DNA of 64,000 bases from Candidatus Dormibacteria bacterium. GTDB lineage: Bacteria > Chloroflexota > Dormibacteria > Aeolococcales > Aeolococcaceae. Positions 1 through 8,507 of this stretch are shown here, in pieces. Each line of letters begins with the position of its first letter. The first letter of the stretch is position 1. A program made the translations under genes and the position numbers. Under the pieces are notes generated by a model, which searched no databases, was not told the DNA's origin, and worked only from the letters and a program-made list of their open reading frames with translations. The DNA is taken from the NCBI GenBank assembly GCA_050734155.1, contig JBOHUD010000100.1:16835-80834 (forward strand), given 5' to 3'.

Positions 1-608
1 TCGGAGAGCAGGGGGTCGTCACGGGAACCATCGTCCTCGGCCGGCATCCCGAACTGGGCGGGATCCGGCGTCGGCTGCGCGAAGTATTTCTCTGTGAACT
101 CTCCCTGCCACGACGTCATGGCGATGAAGGCCGCCATGCCGGCACCCCGCCCCCTGGCCGCGTACGTGTCCCGAAAGCCGGCCACTGCGCGACCGGTTGC
201 CTCCGCGTCGGGGAGCACCCGCACCAGAGGCGGCTCGTGCGCCACCAGGACGGTGACGTCGCCGGGGTGGGCCGCCACCAGGGCGAGTGCGGTGACCGCG
301 CCGCCGCTGCTCGCGAACATCTCGACCGAGCCGACGCCCAGAGCCCCGATGACGGCGTGCACATCGCCCGCCTGAACCGCGGGAACGCTGTCCACCAGAC
401 CGTCCTTGCGGACGCTGCGGCCGAGACCGCGTGGGTCATAGGTGATCACGGTGCGGTCGGGGAAGTACGACGCCAAGGCACGAAAGCCGCTGGCGTCCAT
501 CGGTTGCCCGATCATGAATAGTGGTGGACGACCGTCCGCGGTGGGCAGCGAGCCCTCGACGTCGTAGACGATGTCGGCATCAGCAGTTTCACGCGTGTAT
601 GTCTTCAT
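1..608 (-). CDS. alpha/beta-fold hydrolase (3' end runs off the left window edge)
   Basis: Absent from the ORF track because it is open at the edge. Hand translation of the minus strand from ATG at 608 (GGAGGAGGGAC purine run just upstream) gives MKTYTRETADADIVYDVEG...PPLFMIGQPMDASGFRALASYFPDRTVITYDPRGLGRS...VEMFASSGGAVTALALVAAHP. This shows the nucleophile elbow (A-S-S-G-G) and layout of alpha/beta hydrolases. Confidence 0.7.
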   Translation of the reverse strand, partial: MKTYTRETADADIVYDVEGSLPTADGRPPLFMIGQPMDASGFRALASYFPDRTVITYDPRGLGRSVRKDGLVDSVPAVQAGDVHAVIGALGVGSVEMFASSGGAVTALALVAAHPGDVTVLVAHEPPLVRVLPDAEATGRAVAGFRDTYAARGRGAGMAAFIAMTSWQGEFTEKYFAQPTPDPAQFGMPAEDDGSRDDPLLS

Positions 609-624
609 CCCAGTCCCTCCTCCT

Positions 625-1128
625 TCAGGCTGCGAGAAGCTGCTCGAGCTTGTCGAGCTGCTCGGACCAGCCCTGCTCGGCACCGCTCATCGCCTCAGCG
701 GGGGGCATCGGCTCGAAATAGGACTGGCGCATGGTGAGCGCGGTGCCGCCATCGCGGGCCTCAAAGGTCACCTCAATCAGGGTGGCGAAGAGTTCGCCCT
801 GCTCGTCGTTGACAGCGCGGCCGCTCATCACCAGGCGATGCGGACGATCGATCTCATAGTACTCACCACCCATGTGGTGGGAGAACCGGGCCTCGGCCGG
901 GATGGAGCCCGGCCACTCCATGGCGAGCCGGTATGTCCCGCCGACCCGAAGGTCCACCTCCGCGGCCGGGCAGGTGAAGCCGTTTGGCCACCACCACTTC
1001 TCGAGCTGGTCCGGGTCGGTGAATGCGTCGAAGACCCGCTCCGGTGAGGCATGTATGGTGCGCTCGATGACCAGCTGCTTGATCGGGGTTGCCGACCGAA
1101 CGTTCACGACGGTACGGATCTCAGGCAT
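625..1128 (-). CDS. SRPBCC / AHSA1 (Aha1-like) domain protein
   Basis: 167-aa ORF. ...ERTIHASPERVFDAFTDPDQLEKWWWPNGF...GGTYRLAM... is the typical N-terminal signature of the Aha1/BPI (SRPBCC) family. It overlaps the upstream ArsR gene by 8 nt, a common ArsR-SRPBCC pairing. Confidence 0.8.
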   Translation of the reverse strand: MPEIRTVVNVRSATPIKQLVIERTIHASPERVFDAFTDPDQLEKWWWPNGFTCPAAEVDLRVGGTYRLAMEWPGSIPAEARFSHHMGGEYYEIDRPHRLVMSGRAVNDEQGELFATLIEVTFEARDGGTALTMRQSYFEPMPPAEAMSGAEQGWSEQLDKLEQLLAA

Positions 1129-1483
1129 CGGGGTTCTCCTCTTTCGTGATGGCGTCTGATTGCGGTGCGAGATGTATCTCCAGACGGTCGATGCGGTCGG
1201 ACCACTCGGCGTGAGCGCGGCGGAGCCAGTTGTCCACTGGAAGCAGGCCCTCGAGTTGAAGCCGCGCCGGGCGACGCTGGCCGTCGCGGGCTCGACCGAC
1301 GAGACCAGCCCGCTCCAGCACCTTGAGGTGCTTGGTGATCGCCGGCTGGGTCAGGGTTGACGCCTGTGCGAGCTCCCCGACGCCGGCTTCGCCAGTGGCG
1401 AGGCGCGCGAGGATCGCCCGGCGGGTGGGGTCGGCAAGGGCCGCGAAGGCTCGGCTCACGGGATCGTCAGTAAGCATTACCAT
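1121..1483 (-). CDS. ArsR/SmtB-family HTH transcriptional regulator
   Basis: MVMLTDDPVSRAFAALADPTRRAILARLATGEAGVGELAQ...TQPAITKHLKVLERAGLV is the ArsR wHTH signature. I trimmed the track ORF (1121..1534) to the ATG at 1483 because family members start a few residues before the ALADPTRR motif. Confidence 0.8.
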   Translation of the reverse strand: MVMLTDDPVSRAFAALADPTRRAILARLATGEAGVGELAQASTLTQPAITKHLKVLERAGLVGRARDGQRRPARLQLEGLLPVDNWLRRAHAEWSDRIDRLEIHLAPQSDAITKEENPDA

Positions 1484-1485
1484 TA

Positions 1486-1497
1486 GGTTATATAACC
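1486..1497. promoter_or_regulatory. perfect 12-bp palindrome GGTTATATAACC, candidate ArsR operator
   Basis: Read directly. It is the only AT-rich stretch in the 1484-1552 divergent intergenic region between the ArsR gene and the PHP gene, and lies 3 nt upstream of the ArsR start. Confidence 0.45.
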
Positions 1498-1552
1498 CAT
1501 CGGTAAAAGTCAACCGCCAGGCCGGGCCTGACATTGCCGGGAGAGACCCGCG

Positions 1553-2602
1553 ATGAGCAGATTCGAAGAAGCGAACCGGGCGCCAGGGGCGTCAGTCGAG
1601 ACGGCTCGCGCGCTCGACCGCATTGCCTTCCTGCTCGAGCGCGAGTCCGAGCCCACCCACCGCGTTCGGGCTTTTCGCAACGCCGCCGCCGTGGTGCGCA
1701 GCCTCAGTCCCGACGACCTGGCAAGGCTCGTGCGCGCGGACACGCTGCGCAGCCTCCCGGGCATCGGTGTGGTCACCGCCGGTGTGATCGCGGAGGCGCA
1801 CGCCGGCCGGGTGCCCGAGTACCTGCGGCGGCTCGAAGCCCTCGAGGGAGAGACCGTCCCCGAGGCGGCCCGCGCCCTGCGGGCGGCGCTTCGCGGCGAC
1901 TGCCACACGCACTCGGACTGGTCCGACGGGGGCAGTCCCATCGAGGAGATGGCGATCGCCGCCGGCGCCATCGGGCACGAGTACATGGTGCTCACCGACC
2001 ACTCGCCTCGGCTCACCATCGCCCGTGGGCTCTCTGAGGAACGGCTGCGTCGCCAACTCGAGGTGGTCGCCGCGCTCAACGTCAGCCTGGCGCCGTTTCG
2101 CATCCTCACCGGCATCGAGGTCGACATCCTCGAGGACGGTGCCCTCGATCAGACCCCGGAGCTGCTCGGCGAGCTCGACCTCGTGGTGGCGAGCGTTCAT
2201 TCGAAGCTGCGCATGGCGGCGCCGGAGATGACGCGACGCATGCTCGCCGCAGTCGCCAATCCGCACACCGACGTGCTGGGTCACTGCACCGGGAGGATCG
2301 TCGTCGGCAGGGGTCGCCCGGAGTCGACGTTCGACTGCAACGCCGTGTTCAGCGCGTGTCGCGAGCACGGTGTCGCGGTCGAGGTCAACTCGCGCCCCGA
2401 GCGGCTCGATCCGCCGAGGCGGCTCCTGCGCACGGCGGTCGAGCTCGGCTGCCGGGTGGCGATCGACACCGACGCGCACGCACCCGGTCAGCTGGAATGG
2501 CAGATGAATGGGTGCGTGCGTGCTGCGGAGTGCGGGGTCACGCCGTCCTCGGTGGTCAACATCATGAGCGCGCAAGAGCTGATCGAGTGGACACGAGGAT
2601 GA
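1553..2602 (+). CDS. PHP-domain phosphoesterase with N-terminal helix-hairpin-helix region (PolX C-terminal-like, no polymerase domain)
   Basis: 349 aa. The N-terminus ...LRSLPGIGVVTAGVIAE... is HhH-like. It is followed by GDCHTHSDWSDG...MVLTDHSPRL...VASVHSKL...LGHCTGR...AIDTDAH, the His/Asp metal-ligand pattern of PHP domains. Confidence 0.75.
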   Translation: MSRFEEANRAPGASVETARALDRIAFLLERESEPTHRVRAFRNAAAVVRSLSPDDLARLVRADTLRSLPGIGVVTAGVIAEAHAGRVPEYLRRLEALEGETVPEAARALRAALRGDCHTHSDWSDGGSPIEEMAIAAGAIGHEYMVLTDHSPRLTIARGLSEERLRRQLEVVAALNVSLAPFRILTGIEVDILEDGALDQTPELLGELDLVVASVHSKLRMAAPEMTRRMLAAVANPHTDVLGHCTGRIVVGRGRPESTFDCNAVFSACREHGVAVEVNSRPERLDPPRRLLRTAVELGCRVAIDTDAHAPGQLEWQMNGCVRAAECGVTPSSVVNIMSAQELIEWTRG

Positions 2603-2661
2603 GCGGGCCACGACCTGGACGACCGCGGGAGTGAGACATCGCCGTCGCCTTCGGTAGGTCA

Positions 2662-3855
2662 TCACACCGTTGAGCCGGCGGCGCGGGCCGCGGACAGCAC
2701 CTCCTCACAGACCGCGGGGATCCCGTTTTGGTCGGCGGCGCGCTGGGTCAGCACCACCACGGTGAGATCCTGCGATGGCACGTTCGTCCACGCCGTGCCG
2801 AACCCGCCTGCCCATGTGTAGCTCCCGTCGTCGAGCACGGCCAGCCCGTATCCCCAGCCGTGGTCGTCCAGGAAGCTGAAACCGGGCCAGACGTTGGTTC
2901 GCTGGGCTGCGGTCAGCTGGTCGCGGGTCATCTCTGTGACGGTTGTCGACCTCAGCACGGGGCTGCCCCCGCGCATCAGCATCCGCCCGAAGGCGACCAC
3001 ATCGTCGACGGTCGACAGCAATCCGCCGCTGCCGTCGTGGAACAGCGGTGGCCGCGACCACTGACCATCCGGCGGGTCGCTGACCACGAGCTGCCCATCA
3101 CGATTCTCGTAGGCGGTGGCGAGCCGGTGGGTCTGTGGCGTATGGAACCACGTGTCATCCATGCCCAGCGGGCCGAGCACCCGGTCGCGCAGGACATCCT
3201 CAAACGGGGCTCCGGCAGCGCGAGCGACCAGCACACCGAGCACCTGCGATGCTGACGAGTAGAGCCACCGCTCGCCCGGCTGGGCCAGCAGGGGCAGCTC
3301 ACCGAGCCGCGCCATCCAGGTGTCCGGGTCGGGCATGGTGGCGGGCTGGGGAGGCCCGAAGGTCGACAGCTCCCGTTCCATCGCCGCGCTGAGGATCGGC
3401 CACGGCTCAGCCGCCATGAACATGGCCCCCTGCATCCCGAAGCCCCAGGTGAACGTGAGCAGGTCGCGCACCGTGATCGAGCGCCGCGCCGGGACGGTGT
3501 CGTCGAGGGCCCCGTGCGGGCTGCGCAGCACCCGCCGGCGGGCCAGCTCGGGAAGCAGCTCATCGACCGCCGCGTCGAGGTGCAGCACCCCCTCATCGAC
3601 AAGCGAGAGCACGGCAGCCGCTGTCATCGGCTTGGTGTTCGACGACAACCGGAACAGCGTGTCGCGCCGCATCGGTGAACCGTCGACCGCCATCCCGCCC
3701 GCCACCGTGACGTGCACGCTCTCACCGCGGGCCACCGCGGCCACGACCCCCGGCGCCTGACCTTCGTCCACGGCACGCTGCACGATCTCATCGACCCGCG
3801 CGAGCATGGCGCCGTCGAGCTCTTTTTGGGCGCCGCCGTCCATGAGGGCCCACAC
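2662..3855 (-). CDS. serine hydrolase, beta-lactamase / PBP4*-like family
   Basis: 397 aa. S-x-x-K motif in FRLSSNTKPMTAAAVLSLV, later YSSAS (Y-x-N-like region), and the overall length typical of class-C beta-lactamase-related esterases. Confidence 0.8.
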   Translation of the reverse strand: MWALMDGGAQKELDGAMLARVDEIVQRAVDEGQAPGVVAAVARGESVHVTVAGGMAVDGSPMRRDTLFRLSSNTKPMTAAAVLSLVDEGVLHLDAAVDELLPELARRRVLRSPHGALDDTVPARRSITVRDLLTFTWGFGMQGAMFMAAEPWPILSAAMERELSTFGPPQPATMPDPDTWMARLGELPLLAQPGERWLYSSASQVLGVLVARAAGAPFEDVLRDRVLGPLGMDDTWFHTPQTHRLATAYENRDGQLVVSDPPDGQWSRPPLFHDGSGGLLSTVDDVVAFGRMLMRGGSPVLRSTTVTEMTRDQLTAAQRTNVWPGFSFLDDHGWGYGLAVLDDGSYTWAGGFGTAWTNVPSQDLTVVVLTQRAADQNGIPAVCEEVLSAARAAGSTV

Positions 3856-3889
3856 TAGCCGATGCCGGAGCGCCGATACACTGGGCGGC

Positions 3890-5293
3890 TTGACCGACAG
3901 CTACGACCTGGTCGTGATCGGCGCCGGGCCGGCCGGTGAGAAGGCGGCCACGCACGCCGCGTATTTCGGGGCACGCACCGCCATCGTCGAGCGCTCCCGG
4001 CGCGTCGGTGGCACTGCGGTCAGCCGCGGCGGCATTCCCAGCAAGACGCTGCGCGAGACGGCGCTGTACATCACCGGCTTTCGCCGCCGCGAGCTGTACG
4101 GGGTCAGCGCCTCGCTGGACCCGACGATCGCCCTCGACGTTCTCCGCCACCGCGCCACCGGCGTGGTCGAGGGCATGACGCGGCTGGTGGAGCTCAACCT
4201 GGGACGCCATGGCATCGACGTTGTTCATGGCCTCGCGCAGATCGTCGCCGGTCCCGCGGTGCGCATCGCCGGCGCCGATGGCTCGGCCCGCACCCTGCAC
4301 GCTGGGGCCATCCTGGTCGCCACCGGCAGCCGCCCGTTCCATCCCCCAGGCATCCCCTTCGACGATCCCGACGTGCACGACTCCGATGATCTGCTCGCCA
4401 TCCGCCAGCCGTTCGGCAGCATCTTGGTCATCGGCGGGAGTGCCGTCGGCGCGGAGTACGCGTCCATCTTCACCGCGCTGGGGCTGCGCGTGACCCTGGT
4501 GGACGTCTGCCCGAGGCTGGTCCCGATGCTCGATTCCGAGATCTCCAGCCTGCTCGCTGCAGCCTTCACCGACATGGGGATGGATCTCCGCCTGGGCAGG
4601 ACCGCCACGACCGTCGGCCGCTTCGGCGATCACCCGCAGGTGACCCTCGACGACGGCGACATCCTCGCCGCCGACAAGGTCCTGGTGGCAGCTGGACGCG
4701 CGGGCAACACCGAGGGCCTGGGCCTCGCGGAGGCGGGCGTGCAACTCGACGAGCGGGGCCGGATCGTCGTCGACGCCAACTACCACACCACCGCCGAGGG
4801 CGTCTGGGCGGCTGGGGACGTCATTGGGCCGCCCGCCCTGGCCTCCGTCGCGGTCGAGCAGGGGCGCCGCGCCGCATCACACGCTCTGCGCACGGCGTAC
4901 CACACCGTGGAGCCGTCGCCGGCGCCGGCCGGCATCTACTCGATCCCCGAGGCAGCGATGATCGGGCTAACCGAGGATGAGGCGAAGGAGTCGGGGATCG
5001 ACCACGTGGTCGGGCGCGGCTGGTTCCACAGCAATGCCCGTGCCACCATCGCGGGCAGCACCGATGGGCTCGTCAAGCTCCTGGTCGCGCCGCAGAGCGG
5101 ACGGCTCCTCGGCGTCCACATCATCGGCGAGATTGCTTCCGAGCTCATCCACCAGGGGCAGGCGGTGCTCCACTTCGGGGGCACGGTGGAATACCTGGCG
5201 CACACCTCCTTCAACGTGCCCACGTGGGGGGAGGCGTACCGCTACGCGGCCTTCGACGCCCTCGACCGCATCGAGCGGCCGCCGCCGCGCTGA
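3890..5293 (+). CDS. FAD/NAD(P)-dependent oxidoreductase, soluble pyridine-nucleotide transhydrogenase (SthA)-like
   Basis: YDLVVIGAGPAGEKAA (FAD GxGxxG), ILVIGGSAVGAEYASIF (NAD GxGxxG), GRAGNTEGLGL, VWAAGDVIG and a C-terminal dimerisation domain. The usual CxxxxC redox disulfide reads GGTAVSRGGIPSK (no Cys), as in STH-type enzymes. I chose the TTG at 3890; an in-frame ATG at 3842 is the alternative. Confidence 0.75.
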   Translation: MTDSYDLVVIGAGPAGEKAATHAAYFGARTAIVERSRRVGGTAVSRGGIPSKTLRETALYITGFRRRELYGVSASLDPTIALDVLRHRATGVVEGMTRLVELNLGRHGIDVVHGLAQIVAGPAVRIAGADGSARTLHAGAILVATGSRPFHPPGIPFDDPDVHDSDDLLAIRQPFGSILVIGGSAVGAEYASIFTALGLRVTLVDVCPRLVPMLDSEISSLLAAAFTDMGMDLRLGRTATTVGRFGDHPQVTLDDGDILAADKVLVAAGRAGNTEGLGLAEAGVQLDERGRIVVDANYHTTAEGVWAAGDVIGPPALASVAVEQGRRAASHALRTAYHTVEPSPAPAGIYSIPEAAMIGLTEDEAKESGIDHVVGRGWFHSNARATIAGSTDGLVKLLVAPQSGRLLGVHIIGEIASELIHQGQAVLHFGGTVEYLAHTSFNVPTWGEAYRYAAFDALDRIERPPPR

Positions 5294-5368
5294 CCTCGAG
5301 TTCGCCGGTGTGTGAGGATGCAAATTTCATAAGACAGGACTCTAGTCAATTTCCGGCCGCGCGAGCAC

Positions 5369-6019
5369 GTGGCACCCATGCCTAGCCGGGCCTATCACTC
5401 GGCGCTGCGCGACAAGCAGGCGGCGAGGACACGGCAGCGCATCCTCGACTCGGCGCGGCGGCTGCTCCGCGAGAGGGGATACGCGGGGACGACCATCGAG
5501 GCCATCTCCGCGGGCGCACGTGTGGCTCCCCAGACCGTCTACTCAGTGTTCGGATCGAAGCGCGCGGTGCTTGCGGGCCTGCTCACCCAGGCGGCGTTCA
5601 ATCCGCGGTATCGGAAGCTTCTGCAACGGCTCCTGGCGACCTCCAATTCCCAGGAGCAGCTGCGAATCGCAGCACAGATGATTCGCCGGGTGCACGAGTC
5701 GGAACGCGACGAGGTCGAGCTCCTGCGGGGAGCGGGGACAGTGGCCCCGGAGCTGGCCGCGCTGGAGCGGCGACGCGAGCAGGAGCGGCGCCAGAGGGAG
5801 ACGCCCCTGATCGACGCCCTGGTCGGGCGGGGCCACCTGCGCGCCGGGCTGACACCGGCGCACGCCGGCGACGTGTTCTGGGCGCTGACCGGGCCGGAGC
5901 TGTACCGTCTGCTCGTCCTTCAGCAGGGGTGGCCGGCTGACGCCTACGAGGCTTGGCTGGCCGACCTGCTCGTGGTCTCTCTGCTCTCACCGGAGGCTGC
6001 GCAGCTGCCGCCCAGCTGA
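5369..6019 (+). CDS. TetR-family transcriptional regulator
   Basis: 216 aa. RTRQRILDSARRLLRERGYAGTTIEAISAGARVAPQTVYSVFGSKRAVL is the TetR N-terminal HTH. It is preceded by the only AT-rich stretch of the 5294-5368 spacer. Confidence 0.85.
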   Translation: MAPMPSRAYHSALRDKQAARTRQRILDSARRLLRERGYAGTTIEAISAGARVAPQTVYSVFGSKRAVLAGLLTQAAFNPRYRKLLQRLLATSNSQEQLRIAAQMIRRVHESERDEVELLRGAGTVAPELAALERRREQERRQRETPLIDALVGRGHLRAGLTPAHAGDVFWALTGPELYRLLVLQQGWPADAYEAWLADLLVVSLLSPEAAQLPPS

Positions 6020-6076
6020 TCGGCCATCACGCCTTGCCGATGCGGCGTCGAAAGCGCTCGACGGCGATGGCGACGG

Positions 6077-6463
6077 TCATGGCCTTCCGGGCCGCGAGGG
6101 GTTGGCGAACCCGACCACCCGGTTGGCGCACACCGCCACGTGCTCGCGGGCGAGGTGCCGGGCCTGGGCCCGCTCATGCCCCGGCGTCAGCCGGCCGCTG
6201 GCGTTGACGACGCGCCACCACGGCAGACCCTCGGAGTGCGCCAGGACCCAGCCAACCGCTCGCGCCGCACCGGGATGACCGGCGCGCAACGCCACCTCGG
6301 CGTAGGTGGCCACCTCGCCAACGTCCAGGGCGGCGACCACGTCGTGGACACGGGCGCTGAACCCGCCGGCTGCCGGCGATCCCGGCGGGGCGACCACGCA
6401 GATCTCTTCCACACCATCTCCACCATGAGGCTGGCGATGAGTATCAGCCCGAGCGCAACCCAT
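6077..6463 (-). CDS. MGMT-fold, alkyltransferase-like (ATL) protein lacking the acceptor cysteine
   Basis: GEVATYAEVALRAGHPGAARAVGWVLAHSEGLPWWRVVNASGRL matches the O6-alkylguanine-DNA alkyltransferase DNA-binding domain, but the PCHRV active site reads PWWRV. The ATG at 6461-6463 overlaps the TGA of the upstream gene (ATGA). The rest of track ORF 6077..6829 is discarded as an overlap artefact. Confidence 0.65.
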   Translation of the reverse strand: MGCARADTHRQPHGGDGVEEICVVAPPGSPAAGGFSARVHDVVAALDVGEVATYAEVALRAGHPGAARAVGWVLAHSEGLPWWRVVNASGRLTPGHERAQARHLAREHVAVCANRVVGFANPSRPGRP

Positions 6464-8091
6464 CAGGGGCACCCGCCGCGATCGTCGTGCCAGGCCGTGG
6501 CCAGACCGCTCCTGGTGTAGATCACCTGTCCCAGGGCGCCGTAGACGCACGTCCACCCCGGCGTGTGCTGCAGCAGGGTGGGAAGAGCGCCGCCGCGAGC
6601 CTGCCAGACCGTCTGCACGTGTTCGGCGTCTAGGATCGACAGTGCGTCGGGGCGTGCGGCCACGGCGTCGAGATACTCCTGGAAGATCCGCGGGCCGATG
6701 GTGTACACGTCGCCCCAGATGAAGACCGGGTGGTACGTGCACGGTCGCGGCGCTCCGCGCACCATCTCGAACAGCAGCCACCCGGCGCTGCCGTAGGGCT
6801 CGAGCACGTTGGAGGCGGGGGTCGCGCACACGGCGTCCGCGACCGCGACAGGGTAGGCCGCGCCCCTGTCGTCGTTGAGCGGATCAGCGATGCGCTGGGC
6901 GATCAGCACGCCGCTGACCGCCGTGACCGCGGCCAGCACCAGCGCGCAGAAGGGCATCGCCAGCGCCGAGGCGCGGCGCCGCAGCAGACCGATCTCCGTG
7001 GCCCACGCGTCCAGCCCGTCGACCAGCAGCGGTGCGGTCAGCACCACCAGGAGCGACAGGTTGCGCACCGCGTACAGGGTCAGGACCAGCCCCGCCGCGG
7101 CCAGGAGGACGTCGGCCAGTGGCACCCGCCGAGCCCGCGAGCCTGCCAGCACCAAAAGGGCGACCAGGATGGCCAGCGGGAGGAAGGTGGGGTCGTGGAA
7201 GCTCGGCGAGCGCCATTCGTCGAGGTTGGCCTGGGCGACCGGGTTGGCGAGCAGCCCGCCCGCGTACAGCAGCACCGAGTAGCCGTTGGGGTTCAGGCCG
7301 ATCGACGCCACCGATGCCGCCAGGACCAGCGCCAGGGACCGTGTGCGCGGCGGCCGCGGTGACCGCGCCGAACCCGCGCGGCGTTCGATGACCTCCGCCA
7401 CGGTGACCACCAGGAAGAGGCCGAGCCCGACGCTGAACCCACCGTGCAGGTTGCTCCACACGCAGAACAGCGGCACGCACCACCAGATCACCCGGCCGCC
7501 GGCGCGGCGATGGCGATCGAGGATGAGGAGCAGCAGTGCGCTGAAGGTGAAGGTGAACATCTGCGAGCGCGGCCCGAAGGTGGAGACGGCCACCGCGAGC
7601 GCCAGCGCGCCCACCGCCGCCAGCACCGCCGGCGACCGCGTGTAGGCGCGCGCCCGGTGCAGGGCGATCCCCAGCCCCAGCACCGTGACCACGGCCATGA
7701 GGCAGATCACAGCCCCCATGCCGAGGTGCAGGAGCAGCGCGTAGATGACCTCGCTGCCCCACTCCTGGGTGATGAACGGATGCCCGGTCGCGGTGAAGGT
7801 GAAGGGATCCACGCGGGGGAAGCTGCCGTCCAGGATGCGGTCGCCGACCAGGACGTGCCACCAGAAGTCGGGATCGAACTGCGCCTGCACGGTGAAGCTC
7901 ACCCCCAGCACCGCGACGCAGAGAAGTGCGAGCACGCCCGGCCGGCGCAAGAACGGGAGCCACTCGCAGGCCCTCCGGAACGCGGAGCCGGGGGGTGCCG
8001 GCGCCGAGCCGAGCGCGCCGGACGGCGTCGCTCCGTCCCCGCGGTTGGGGGCGGTGGGCGGTGCGACTGCACTCGTACGGGTCAGGGCCAT
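6463..8091 (-). CDS. large polytopic membrane protein, possible GT-C-type glycosyltransferase
   Basis: At least 10 hydrophobic segments follow MALTRTSAVAPP..., with a loop FWWHVLVGDRILDGSFPRVDPFTFTATGHPFITQEWGSEVIY and a soluble C-terminal domain of about 130 aa. Start set at the ATG at 8091. The function is only a guess from architecture. Confidence 0.55.
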   Translation of the reverse strand: MALTRTSAVAPPTAPNRGDGATPSGALGSAPAPPGSAFRRACEWLPFLRRPGVLALLCVAVLGVSFTVQAQFDPDFWWHVLVGDRILDGSFPRVDPFTFTATGHPFITQEWGSEVIYALLLHLGMGAVICLMAVVTVLGLGIALHRARAYTRSPAVLAAVGALALAVAVSTFGPRSQMFTFTFSALLLLILDRHRRAGGRVIWWCVPLFCVWSNLHGGFSVGLGLFLVVTVAEVIERRAGSARSPRPPRTRSLALVLAASVASIGLNPNGYSVLLYAGGLLANPVAQANLDEWRSPSFHDPTFLPLAILVALLVLAGSRARRVPLADVLLAAAGLVLTLYAVRNLSLLVVLTAPLLVDGLDAWATEIGLLRRRASALAMPFCALVLAAVTAVSGVLIAQRIADPLNDDRGAAYPVAVADAVCATPASNVLEPYGSAGWLLFEMVRGAPRPCTYHPVFIWGDVYTIGPRIFQEYLDAVAARPDALSILDAEHVQTVWQARGGALPTLLQHTPGWTCVYGALGQVIYTRSGLATAWHDDRGGCP

Positions 8092-8228
8092 CGAACGCAC
8101 CCTATACGGGGTCGGAGCCCGCTGCCACCGGCTGGTACCGGTTCGTGTTCGATCTGCCACCGGCGTGCTCTTTCGGCGCGCCTGATCCGTTGATGGTTCG
8201 TTGACGCCCTCTGTCCCAGAGTTGGGCT

Positions 8229-8507
8229 GTGCCTCCGGATCACCCAGTCGGCGTCGACCCTGCCGCGCTCTTCGGACTCCGCGTGCTCTCATCGTCGGGC
8301 GCGGTGCTCGGCCGCATCACCGCGGTGATCCACCACGGGCGGGGATGCGACGCGCTCGTGGAACGCCGTCGGTGGTTGCGTGTGCGTGTTCTGCGGTTGG
8401 ACCTCGACGAGCTGGCTGCGGAGGAGGGCGGGACGCTGCGCCACCGCCCGCGGCTGCGCCGCGTGGCGCCGCCGGCCGGCGGCCCCGGTGATGACGCCGT
8501 TGCCTGA
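8229..8507 (+). CDS. small PRC-barrel-like protein (tentative)
   Basis: 92 aa with a GTG start. ...ALFGLRVLSSSGAVLGRITAVIHHGRGCDALVERRRWLRVRVLRLDLDEL resembles the G-x-x-V-x-x-x-x-G-x-x-L-G-x-V pattern of PRC barrels. Its end overlaps the proposed kimA-like start by 17 nt. Confidence 0.3.
   Translation: MPPDHPVGVDPAALFGLRVLSSSGAVLGRITAVIHHGRGCDALVERRRWLRVRVLRLDLDELAAEEGGTLRHRPRLRRVAPPAGGPGDDAVA

Noticed and set aside
1592-2665. 357-aa minus-strand ORF
   Set aside because: It is antisense to the PHP-domain gene. No motifs were found, and it is Arg/Gly/Pro-rich.
5294-5368. AT-rich spacer upstream of the TetR gene (GCAAATTTCATAAGACAGGACTCTAGTCAATTTCC), examined for an operator palindrome
   Set aside because: Only a weak AAATT...AATTT symmetry is present, with no convincing inverted repeat. 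It is probably just the promoter.
8092-8490. Searched for a ydaO-type c-di-AMP riboswitch upstream of the kimA-like gene, as in Bacillus
   Set aside because: Only fragments (ACGGGGU, GGAGCC) vaguely resemble the consensus I remember. The conserved CCGAAyCC and GCUAACC elements are not visible. A covariance-model scan is needed.
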